DNA of 29,166 bases from a virus (Duplodnaviria > Caudoviricetes). The DNA lies in IMG/VR virus record IMGVR_UViG_3300044836_000082, positions 1 through 29,166 of that record; one strand, 5' to 3'. Made by a program: the position numbers and the translations under genes. Numbering within the stretch: the stretch's first letter is position 1; each line of letters opens with the position of its first letter. Below the pieces are notes generated by a model. The model saw only the letters and a program-made list of their open reading frames with translations, was not told where the DNA came from and ran no database searches. Shown here piece after piece: positions 16,533 through 24,155 of the stretch.

Positions 16533-18101
16533 TTACCACAGTGAATCGCCCTGCTCAGCTCCACCCAAGTTGCACAGTACGATCTTGTTGAATGCGCCGC
16601 CGCCAGCGTCTATTTCGTCTTTGTATTTGCCGCGCGGAAAAGCACAATGGTTTTTAATAAAGCGTCCGTTCCAATCGCCGTCTGCCAGCTTCACATTCCG
16701 CCGCGCGCATTGAGCCGAATAGGGGCCTGCGCGCAATTCCTTGTCACCGCTCACGCGCTCTGTCCAAACATTGAAGCCAGCGAGATTCCTAACCGAGTTT
16801 TCCGCCGACTCCTTACCGCCTGACCCCGGCTCTTGTTCGAGCCAGGTGATGACCTCGCTGCCGTACTGCGCGCGGTCTGCCTTCGCGGTCGTTAAAATGA
16901 TCTCTTCGCGTTCAAGCGACTCCCATTGCCCAGTGACGACATCGAGCACCCAGAAGACATTTTTCTCTGTCTTCCCCATCAGGACGCCAGCCGTATAGCA
17001 TCCGGCGTCTTTCGTTCCCGCCTTATCCCAATAGCGGACGAAGGCGACAAAGTGTTGCGGCACGGGCGCGGGCAAAATCTCAAACCACTCGCGCTTGAAC
17101 TTGTTGCCGTCCTTAGCTCCGGGCCGCTGCTGAAAGAGCGCATTCCAAACGAACTCGCCGACGCGCTCAGCAATCTTTTTCAGCTTGGCGAGCGGTCGCC
17201 GCTCCGGGCACAATGCCTCGCCGGTCTCCCGCCAATCAGGTTCGACGGTGCAGGTTTTTGGAAACTCCTGTTGCTCGGCTTCCTTGATCGCCTCAAAACT
17301 GACGATGTGCCACCGCTCCGGCTCCTCGCCCGTCTTTTCCTCTTCTAGCAACCAACCCGAAAGATCGTCTTCGTGCCAGCGCGTGTTGATGACGACGAGC
17401 GCACCGTTCGGGTCGGCATCACTCCACGGCTCCTCGCGCGTGTACCAGGTCGAGGCGTACCACTCTTTTTGTTTCTCGCGGATCGTCTCCGACGCGGCTT
17501 GCTCGGCGTTCTTGAGCGGATCATCAATGAGTCCCAGGTGCCAGCCCTTGCCGGTCGCTTCGCCGCCGATGCCGCACGCCCAGAGACCCCCGCCCTTGCC
17601 CGTGAGCCACTGCTTGACCGCGTTGGCCTTGGCACCGAGCTGTCCGCCTGCCTCCTTGTAGTTTTCACGAGCCGCACGGGAGAAATTGTTCGCCGAATCC
17701 TGCGAGAAGGACGCAACCCCGACAAAGCGTTCCGGGTAGAGGTAAACGAAGTAAGCCGTAAACAGGCGTGAGGCTAGTTCCGACTTGCCGTGGCGAGGCG
17801 GCATGAAGATCATCAGCCGCTTGATCTCACCATCAGCCACACGCTGAAGTACCGCCGCCAGGACAAGGCAGTGCTGGTACCACTTGTAACTAGGCTTCAC
17901 GAGTTTGACGAACTCGATAAATGTCAAAGAGCGCTTGCCGGACTTTGCGCGCCGACGGCGCAGCTCAAGAATCGCTTTTGCGATGTCGGCTTGAGAAGCG
18001 CGCGGGCGACCCCAGCCCCGGCCTGTGGCTCGCTTACGCTTTCGCGCCCGCGCGTGCGATCTCTTCAAGTTCTTCGTCTGTAAGTTCCGAGAGGTCTTCA
18101 T
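16533..18101 (-). CDS. terL: Terminase large subunit
   Basis: Walker A MPPRHGKS, Walker B LIDDP, NTRWHEDDL, FQQRP, nuclease YWDKA, EQEPGSGG, GDK..RA, KDEID. Confidence 0.95.
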   Translation of the reverse strand: MKTSRNLQTKNLKRSHARARKRKRATGRGWGRPRASQADIAKAILELRRRRAKSGKRSLTFIEFVKLVKPSYKWYQHCLVLAAVLQRVADGEIKRLMIFMPPRHGKSELASRLFTAYFVYLYPERFVGVASFSQDSANNFSRAARENYKEAGGQLGAKANAVKQWLTGKGGGLWACGIGGEATGKGWHLGLIDDPLKNAEQAASETIREKQKEWYASTWYTREEPWSDADPNGALVVINTRWHEDDLSGWLLEEEKTGEEPERWHIVSFEAIKEAEQQEFPKTCTVEPDWRETGEALCPERRPLAKLKKIAERVGEFVWNALFQQRPGAKDGNKFKREWFEILPAPVPQHFVAFVRYWDKAGTKDAGCYTAGVLMGKTEKNVFWVLDVVTGQWESLEREEIILTTAKADRAQYGSEVITWLEQEPGSGGKESAENSVRNLAGFNVWTERVSGDKELRAGPYSAQCARRNVKLADGDWNGRFIKNHCAFPRGKYKDEIDAGGGAFNKIVLCNLGGAEQGDSLW

Positions 18102-18567
18102 CGCTCAAATCAGATTCGTCATCCGTATTTTCAGCAGGCTGCCCGTAAGTGCGCTCGCGCTTTTCTTTCGCAATGTCATCAAGCAGGTTGCGTAAGGCGT
18201 TCAATTCCGTGAGATTGAATTCCTTGTAATCAACAATCGTGGTTTGGCGACCTGTGCCCACGGCCTTCACGCTGTCGAGCCAGAGCCTGCCGCTCCGTAA
18301 ATCCTTGAGCAGCAGCGTTGCTACTTCCTCCAGCGCCTCAACTCTCTTTTCTCGAATCGCCAGGCCGGTCTTGAGCGCTGCCGACTCTGAGGACTGTTCG
18401 ATTTCTTTCAACTTCACGCCGCGCGAGTCCCGATAGAAATCAACCTGTTGGCGGCTCACTTTATAGGGCGGCTTAACGAGAGCCGCGCGCTGGTTGATCT
18501 CGCGCGTTTTAAGACCAGCGGAGATCAATTCGAGCAGGTGTTCTTTTTGTTTTTTCGATAGCTCCAT
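18034..18567 (-). CDS. terS: Terminase small subunit
   Basis: N-terminal HTH-like segment, helical core, acidic DLSELTDEELE tail; overlaps terL. Confidence 0.7.
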   Translation of the reverse strand: MELSKKQKEHLLELISAGLKTREINQRAALVKPPYKVSRQQVDFYRDSRGVKLKEIEQSSESAALKTGLAIREKRVEALEEVATLLLKDLRSGRLWLDSVKAVGTGRQTTIVDYKEFNLTELNALRNLLDDIAKEKRERTYGQPAENTDDESDLSDEDLSELTDEELEEIARAGAKA

Positions 18568-19060
18568 AAGTCATCACACTGGCGAAAACGGTTTCGATGT
18601 CTATTGGCTCGGCCTGTCCGTGCGCGAGTTTTTTGGCGAAGCTGTCTAATCCCGGCTCCCAAGCTCCATGCCTCTCCACAATGTCGTCGAACTCCTCTTC
18701 GTCATGTGGCACGATGTAAAGATCGCCTGAAAGCTCATCCACTCCGCAGTGCTTGAGTTCGTGGTCTACTAAGGCGACGCGCCACCGGAAACTGCTCTTG
18801 TCCCAAGTGGGCTGTGTGATCTCGATGACGAAGAAAGGCTCCGACTCTCCGGGGCCTTCAAAGTCCGGTGTGGCGAGATAGGCATTCAGGCCGGAGACTT
18901 TGCGTGCGCGGCCTGCGAGGGCGCGTCCCTGGGACATGGGCGGCTCGCTGAGAAAGACGTACTCGATGCGAATGCCCCGGAGATGAGGGTGAAAGAGCGC
19001 AATCAGCTTCTCGGCAATGAGGCGCACTTCTTCAGCATGTGCAAACTCGGTCTTCGGCAT
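18509..19060 (-). CDS. Putative phage metallopeptidase (PhageMetallopep-like)
   Basis: ALVDHELKHC zincin HExxH plus PHDEEEF..IVERHG. Confidence 0.75.
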   Translation of the reverse strand: MPKTEFAHAEEVRLIAEKLIALFHPHLRGIRIEYVFLSEPPMSQGRALAGRARKVSGLNAYLATPDFEGPGESEPFFVIEITQPTWDKSSFRWRVALVDHELKHCGVDELSGDLYIVPHDEEEFDDIVERHGAWEPGLDSFAKKLAHGQAEPIDIETVFASVMTYGAIEKTKRTPARIDLRWS

Positions 19061-19062
19061 AA

Positions 19063-19353
19063 CTACTTCGTCACAGAACGTCTAATCTCGCGCACGTCTG
19101 ATTTGATCTCTTTGAGGTCGTCAAGAATCAACTTCATCTCTTCGCGCGTCGGAAAATTGGCATGCTCGGCGGTGGATTTCTCCAGCTTCTGTGTGACCGT
19201 CGCGACGTTCGTCTCGATGGTGCTGATCTTCTCGGCCTGTGCGCCGCGCCCGTACTGAGAGACCCCGTAAGCCGTGAAGGCAGACAGCAGAAACGGCAGC
19301 GCCCACTGGAGAAGCGCTGCCGGGATCATTGATTTGTTGGTTGATGCTGCCAT
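19063..19353 (-). CDS. Membrane-anchored coiled-coil protein (holin/XhlA-like candidate), first late gene
   Basis: One N-terminal hydrophobic helix, then heptads ending LKEIKSDVREIR; ATG 19353 preferred to GTG 19362. Confidence 0.55.
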   Translation of the reverse strand: MAASTNKSMIPAALLQWALPFLLSAFTAYGVSQYGRGAQAEKISTIETNVATVTQKLEKSTAEHANFPTREEMKLILDDLKEIKSDVREIRRSVTK

Positions 19354-19357
19354 CCCT

Positions 19358-19493
19358 CGCACCTCTCAATCAGATTTCTTCTTTGAGAGGCGCGCCCTCT
19401 GGGGCGACAAGCGTGGCTGCGACGGTTTATTTATCGCCAGCACGGACGCGCGCCCTTGCACCGGGCCGCGCCTCTCAACTGGTGAAAAGCATA
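19358..19493 (-). promoter_or_regulatory. Late-operon leader with mutually exclusive A:B versus B:A' pairings; candidate -10 TATGCT at 19493-19488
   Basis: mRNA A=UUGAGAGGCGCG (19478-67), B=CGCGCCUCUCAA (19394-83), A'=UUGAGAGGUGCG (19369-58, holds the SD). Confidence 0.6.
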
Positions 19494-19532
19494 AACCGAA
19501 AAGAAGGCTATTTTTATTGAGCTAATCCGCGC

Positions 19533-20003
19533 TTAGCGGGGGGATTGCGCGGCGTAGACGAGGCAGGGCTTGTTGCCGAGACCGGATTGCGAGCGGGCCA
19601 TCACGACGCCCTTGTCCAGCATCCGGCGCAGGAGTTTATAGACCGTGGAATAGGGAAGTCCCGTATCTTCAGCCACCTCCTGACAGGTGGATTCATGCCA
19701 GGCTTCAAGGCTCTGGAGAATCCTATCTTGATCCGAAGCAGGGCCGCGCCCGGACGACAATTTGCGAGTCCACTCGATTTCCTGCTCGATGCGCGCCCGA
19801 TAGTCGGGAAAGCGCTCCAGGTTGAACAGGAGAAACTGCTCATACTCTTTCGCCCGACGCACCCGCGGGTCTGTGATGTGTGCAAAAGAGGTGAAATGCG
19901 GAACTGACTCAGGAATCTGTGCAGAGTCGTGTGCCGGGTTCTGAGGCTCCGGCGTGAGCGTCTGATCTGGTCTGGTCGCTAGTGAAGACGAGCGGGTAAT
20001 CAT
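19533..20003 (-). CDS. Winged-HTH protein, candidate late transcription regulator
   Basis: C-terminal RILQSL...TCQEVAEDTGLPYSTVYKLLRRMLDKGVV...VY wHTH; start ATG 20003 behind SD AGGGAG; just before the late operon. Confidence 0.7.
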   Translation of the reverse strand: MITRSSSLATRPDQTLTPEPQNPAHDSAQIPESVPHFTSFAHITDPRVRRAKEYEQFLLFNLERFPDYRARIEQEIEWTRKLSSGRGPASDQDRILQSLEAWHESTCQEVAEDTGLPYSTVYKLLRRMLDKGVVMARSQSGLGNKPCLVYAAQSPR

Positions 20004-20115
20004 CAGGCTAAAAACTCCCTGGTTCATGCTGGCCGTCCCATACGGCCTCACAAAAATAAGTTTAACTCCGCAGAATTTCTATTTTTACTGAGATAAATGC
20101 TCTGGCATGGGTGCG

Positions 20116-20331
20116 TCATGAAGTGGGGGGAGTAATTTTTCTAGCGCTTTCTCTGCGCACGTCATCAAGCTGGGCGAGCAGAGGACGCGCGCTGTCGATG
20201 AGTTGGACGGTGCCGGGCGCAAAATACTGATCGTGCTTGCGCGTGTGAAGATCGTAATATTTGATGAAGGCGCGCAACTGTTTTTCGATCTCTCTGAGGT
20301 GCGCGTCTTCCTTGCGCCGTCCTTCAGCCAT
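20116..20331 (-). CDS. Hypothetical protein (71 aa), apparently leaderless
   Basis: Extended -10 TGtTATAGT (20346-20338), 6 nt, then ATG. Confidence 0.55.
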   Translation of the reverse strand: MAEGRRKEDAHLREIEKQLRAFIKYYDLHTRKHDQYFAPGTVQLIDSARPLLAQLDDVRRESARKITPPTS

Positions 20332-20518
20332 GTTGGAACTATAACAGAAATAAACCGCTACAAGCTACATTCGTAGACAGATATCAAGACTGATGTCCTC
20401 TTTTGTTGTCACCCTGTCATCTTGTTACCTTAATTTAGCCTCATTTCTTCATGGCATATAGGTTGCCCACGAAGGTACACTTATGTACGGATGTTCAACT
20501 CATTCATAGCGAAAGGAA

Positions 20519-21184
20519 GTGAAAACGATGGCGAAGACATGGGTTTCTCCTTATGCGGAACAGGCCGTTGACCAGATTTATCAACTAGTGTTAGAGCGGC
20601 CGGCCGATCCCAGTGGCAAGCAAACGTGGTCACACGAATTGCTCAATAATAACCTGTCTGTTAAGGAAATCATCAGGAAGATCGGTAAGTCTGAGGAATA
20701 CCGAAACCGTTTCGTGAGTGGCTTTTATGAGCGGCAGGAATGGGGCACTATCATCACCTATATGTATCGGCACTTTCTGGCAAGGGAGCCGGAGAATCCT
20801 AATGTCTTTGAGCCTCACTCACACACTATCGTCGGTCGTAGTTGGGAAGCTCTGGTCGATGTTTTCATCGATAGCCCGGAGTACAGGGGCAATTTCGGGG
20901 ACGACATCGTTCCGGGTCACTCGCTCATTCAGGCAGGCCCCATCAGTTCCACACCTCAGAACTATTACTTTTGTGTTTCAGATGCACACGTCTCTCAGAC
21001 GGTAGTGGCGAGCGGTACTTCATGGGACGATGCGGAGCATAACCTGCGATCTAAGTACCCTGCCGGGTCTTACATCATTGGACGGGGGGAATGTCAGCGC
21101 ACAACCCAGATTGTTTTGCCCAAAAACCCTACTGTGACTGCCTCAGTTCCAAAGAACAATCCATTCCAGATTCGCCGGAAATAG
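20519..21184 (+). CDS. Phycobilisome-linker (PBS_linker_poly/PF00427-like) domain protein, moron
   Basis: LLNNNLSVKEIIRKIGKSEEYRNRF...YRHFLAREP...ALVDVFIDSPEYRGNFGDDIVP matches the linker-domain consensus; opposite strand, AT-rich upstream region; SD AAAGGA (true start may be ATG 20528). Confidence 0.75.
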   Translation: MKTMAKTWVSPYAEQAVDQIYQLVLERPADPSGKQTWSHELLNNNLSVKEIIRKIGKSEEYRNRFVSGFYERQEWGTIITYMYRHFLAREPENPNVFEPHSHTIVGRSWEALVDVFIDSPEYRGNFGDDIVPGHSLIQAGPISSTPQNYYFCVSDAHVSQTVVASGTSWDDAEHNLRSKYPAGSYIIGRGECQRTTQIVLPKNPTVTASVPKNNPFQIRRK

Positions 21185-21320
21185 CACTCCGCTCTAGATA
21201 GTTTCGATAGCCGCAGGTGCAGCGGATGAGAATGGTGAGGGGAGAGCTGGCAAGGAAGCAAGCTTTCATGAAATTAGGTTTCAGCCTCTCGCGCCTGATT
21301 GCTCCTTTCCTGTGCTGAAG

Positions 21321-21430
21321 ATGGCAGGGCGCGAGTCCTCACCGACTCGCGCCCTTCCATGTGCGGCGCGCAGCAGGAGGAGAAGTCGCGCGCACGCTTT
21401 CGCCTGGGAGTCCCAACTCTCCCGGCGAAA
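21321..21430. other. Three consecutive GC-rich hairpins between convergent genes
   Basis: AGGGCGCGAGTC/GACTCGCGCCCT (21326-55); GTGCgGCGCG/CGCGCGCAC (21361-95); TTTCGCCtGGGAG/CTCCCGGCGAAA (21398-430). Confidence 0.65.
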
Positions 21431-21434
21431 CTCA

Positions 21435-22148
21435 TCAATTCATGCCTAGATGCGCCTTGAGGATTTCATAAGAGACATTGACCCGCGCCGCGTCCTCGTG
21501 GCTGCCACCACGATCCGGATGGGTGCGAAACGCCGCCTGGCGATAAGCTTCCTTAATGCGTGACCCCACTCCCATCAATGCTTCAACCGTGAAGTCTGAA
21601 AAGCGAGCCAGTGTCTTCCATGCATCATCAAGGGTCAGTCCCTCCGCCACGCGCGACGGCGGCAGAGCTTTGCGTCCCACTTCGACGGCCTTCGCACGCG
21701 CCACGCCGTAACGCTCAATCGCACGCAGCTTCTCTAAAGAGAGTGCGATAGCTCGCACGTTATCTTTCCAGTGAGTGAAAGTGTCGCACTCGAACTGCAC
21801 CGGGACATACTTGCCGAGCTTTTGCCGACGCTCATTGTAAGAGCCGTTCCACTTGAACACGTCGAAGCTGACAATCACGCCCGGGTTATCCGGCAGCGGA
21901 GCATCCGAGCGCAACTGCCCGTTGAGACGAACGACCGAAGGGCGATGAAAAGTCTTGATGCGCGTGCGATCCGCGTGTGCTTCAAGGTGTGATAGCTCGC
22001 GCTCAAGCAGCTTGAGCGTCTCAGTCCAACGCGATCTGAAAGGCGCGTTTCTTCTGTCGTCAGGCGCAGTCTGCGGAATATCTTTGGGCCATACTTCCAA
22101 CGCTTCGTGTTGATAATTAAACATAAATAACTTTCCCTCATTACTCAT
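21435..22148 (-). CDS. Phage J-domain (DnaJ-like) protein
   Basis: C-terminal IKEAYRQAAFRTHPDRGGSHE...VN.SYEIL with HPD; N-terminal CD.F..W.DNVRAIAL.LE.LR.IERYGV phage domain. Confidence 0.85.
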   Translation of the reverse strand: MSNEGKLFMFNYQHEALEVWPKDIPQTAPDDRRNAPFRSRWTETLKLLERELSHLEAHADRTRIKTFHRPSVVRLNGQLRSDAPLPDNPGVIVSFDVFKWNGSYNERRQKLGKYVPVQFECDTFTHWKDNVRAIALSLEKLRAIERYGVARAKAVEVGRKALPPSRVAEGLTLDDAWKTLARFSDFTVEALMGVGSRIKEAYRQAAFRTHPDRGGSHEDAARVNVSYEILKAHLGMN

Positions 22149-22278
22149 CTGTAGGATTCATACAGGTCTTACAAATCCACGGATTAAGATTTTTGTAAAC
22201 ATTGTTCCTGGTCAGGACGCGCTCACATATCAAACACTTTTGACATTTCTTCTTCTTTGCCTTTTTCTTAATCACCAC
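22141..22278 (-). CDS. Small Lys/Cys-rich zinc-finger protein (45 aa; not in ORF track)
   Basis: VIKKKAKKKKCQKCLICERVLTRNNVYKNLNPWICKTCMNPTDE; SD GAGAGG; 3' end overlaps the J-domain start. Confidence 0.5.
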   Translation of the reverse strand: MVIKKKAKKKKCQKCLICERVLTRNNVYKNLNPWICKTCMNPTDE

Positions 22279-22280
22279 TT

Positions 22281-22484
22281 TCACCTCTCTTCGCTAAAAC
22301 TTACCTCGCTCGGATTTGCCTTCTCGATACTGGTCGGCTTTCTCTGCTTCCCGGTCTTCACGGCGAGAATAACTTCAGTCGAAGTCCAGTCGAGAAGGAG
22401 GCCGTGTTTCTCCAGATGCGGAGAGACCTGCCAGATAACTTTGCGCTTGCGGTCGCGCTCTTCGAGCTGTTTGATTTCGATCAT
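22281..22484 (-). CDS. Hypothetical protein
   Basis: Tightly packed operon ORF MIEIKQLEER... Confidence 0.5.
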   Translation of the reverse strand: MIEIKQLEERDRKRKVIWQVSPHLEKHGLLLDWTSTEVILAVKTGKQRKPTSIEKANPSEVSFSEER

Positions 22485-22495
22485 GCTTCCCATCC

Positions 22496-22735
22496 TTACC
22501 AGCACAGATAGATGAACCATGCGAGAATCACGATGAGCGTGCCTGAAGTGATCATCGCCCACTCGCGCCAGAACACAACTTTTCGTTCAAGGCGATGCAT
22601 GCGCTTCTCGAATAGCTCTGCATCAATCTCCATCAACGTAGTGATTTCGTCGCTCGACATGAACGCGAGAGGTTTATCGTCCCGCTCGTCCACGATGATG
22701 ATGTCGTCCCACTCTTCAGGTTTGGCTCTCCACAT
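22496..22735 (-). CDS. Small protein with C-terminal TM helix
   Basis: Ends WAMITSGTLIVILAWFIYLCW; SD AAAGGA. Confidence 0.55.
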   Translation of the reverse strand: MWRAKPEEWDDIIIVDERDDKPLAFMSSDEITTLMEIDAELFEKRMHRLERKVVFWREWAMITSGTLIVILAWFIYLCW

Positions 22736-22771
22736 CTCCTTGGTTCCTTTCCGGTCAAACGTCAAAAAGCG

Positions 22772-22942
22772 TCAAAGCCCTCTTGCCCGCTGCGCTCTCA
22801 CACATCTCGGACAATCGCAGTGACCGCGATGGCCCGTCACGCGGTGCCCACACCATTGACAGTAGCGCCAATGAAGATCATTGAGGCCTCCGCATGTCAG
22901 GCAGCGGATGAGTTCCCAGCATTTACAAATTGTTCGACTCAT
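22772..22942 (-). CDS. Cys-rich zinc-ribbon protein (56 aa; not in ORF track)
   Basis: MSRTICKCWELIRCLTCGGLNDLHWRYCQWCGHRVTGHRGHCDCPRCVRAQRARGL fills the gap after the recombinase. Confidence 0.55.
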   Translation of the reverse strand: MSRTICKCWELIRCLTCGGLNDLHWRYCQWCGHRVTGHRGHCDCPRCVRAQRARGL

Positions 22943-22955
22943 CACTCATCACTCA

Positions 22956-24002
22956 TCAGCCGCGCCGGCGTTTTTTCTTCCGCCGGCGTCCCTTGCCGAC
23001 GCGCGTCCTGAAGGGCACATGCAGCTTCATGGCCGTCTCGCGCTTCCTCTTTTCCCCGCGCATGATGTAGCGCTGCGTGGTCGTGATCTCGACGTGGCCG
23101 TAGAGCTGCCTGACCAGATCAATGTCCGCTCCCTCATCCATCAAATGAGTGCCGAACGTCCGGCGCAGGTCGTGCGGCGTGAAGTGCTCGATACCGCATT
23201 TCTCAGCTCGTCTGGCAAGCGCACGGTACAGCCCGTTCGTCGAGAGATGACGGAAGATGATCCGGCCATGCCGTGTGACGGGGCACAGGAGCGCTCCCGG
23301 ACTATCACCCCTCACTCTGAGCCATGCATTGATCGCGCGACGTGCGCCGCCGGAGTCGAACCACACGTTGCGCTGCTTATCGCCTTTACCATGAACAATC
23401 AGCGTGTGCGTGCGGCGCGCGTAGGCCGACAGAGAGAGCTGGCAGGCTTCGTCGCGACGCAGTCCGCCGCCATACAGGAGCGCGAGCAGGCAAGCGTCCC
23501 GCGTTGCGCAGATACTCTCTGCGTTCTCGCAAGACTCAAAGAGGGAAGCGATCTCCTGCGCCGAGAGGGCGCGCGCAGGCCGACGGCGTTCGTCAGAAGC
23601 TTTGACCATCCGCACGTCTTTGAGCCGGGCGTGCGCCCGCTCGTCCATCTGATCGAGATGCCAGGCCCAGCGAGCCACGCCACGGACTGCGCTCAAGGTC
23701 GCGTTGATCGAGGACGGCGCATAGCCTTCGCTCTTCAGGCGTGCGCGCAATAATTCGACGTGAGAGCTGCGAAGCGCGCGCCACTTGTAATCCAGCCCGC
23801 TAGAACCTCCCAGAAGCCGCGCTGCACGCTCAAGGTTCGCTCTCTGCGAACGCGCGCCGGAGTCCGCCAGCGTGTCCAGATAGATCGCCACGGGAGCCAG
23901 ATCCGAGTCCGGGGAGAGATGGCCGGGCAAGAGGCGCAAGAGGGAACGCGCGCCCAGATTGGACTCTTTTTCGACCCGGAATGTGAGCACCCGTCCCGTC
24001 AT
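22956..24002 (-). CDS. Tyrosine recombinase, Xer/Cre-resolvase-like (core-binding plus catalytic domains, no evident arm-binding domain)
   Basis: RDACLLALLYGGGLRRDE (R), GKGDKQR (K), HDLRR (HxxR), YGH, TTQRY (Y). Confidence 0.92.
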   Translation of the reverse strand: MTGRVLTFRVEKESNLGARSLLRLLPGHLSPDSDLAPVAIYLDTLADSGARSQRANLERAARLLGGSSGLDYKWRALRSSHVELLRARLKSEGYAPSSINATLSAVRGVARWAWHLDQMDERAHARLKDVRMVKASDERRRPARALSAQEIASLFESCENAESICATRDACLLALLYGGGLRRDEACQLSLSAYARRTHTLIVHGKGDKQRNVWFDSGGARRAINAWLRVRGDSPGALLCPVTRHGRIIFRHLSTNGLYRALARRAEKCGIEHFTPHDLRRTFGTHLMDEGADIDLVRQLYGHVEITTTQRYIMRGEKRKRETAMKLHVPFRTRVGKGRRRKKKRRRG

Positions 24003-24106
24003 TTTTCAGCTCATCGAATCGGCTGCAATTTCTGCACGTGAAAAACCTGAAATTTGCCCCTTCAAAGCTCTTTCGCCTGGCATGCCCGCGGGCTACTTTG
24101 AATCAA

Positions 24107-24155
24107 TAAAAACGGGCGGTTTCCCCCGGCCGGCGGGCCAGCCCGCCCGTTTTTA
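24107..24155. terminator. Bidirectional intrinsic-terminator-like inverted repeat
   Basis: TAAAAACGGGCGG-23 nt-CCGCCCGTTTTTA, T-runs on both strands. Confidence 0.5.

Noticed and set aside
19383-19478. tRNA gene
   Set aside because: Branched fold but no T-loop GTTCRA, D-loop or anticodon-arm geometry
20519-21184. Evidence that this is a cyanophage
   Set aside because: No other cyanophage or photosynthesis genes; host cannot be determined from this window
22956-24002. Prophage integrase marking an att boundary
   Set aside because: Co-oriented phage genes continue on both sides; no tRNA or host gene adjacent and no evident arm-binding domain
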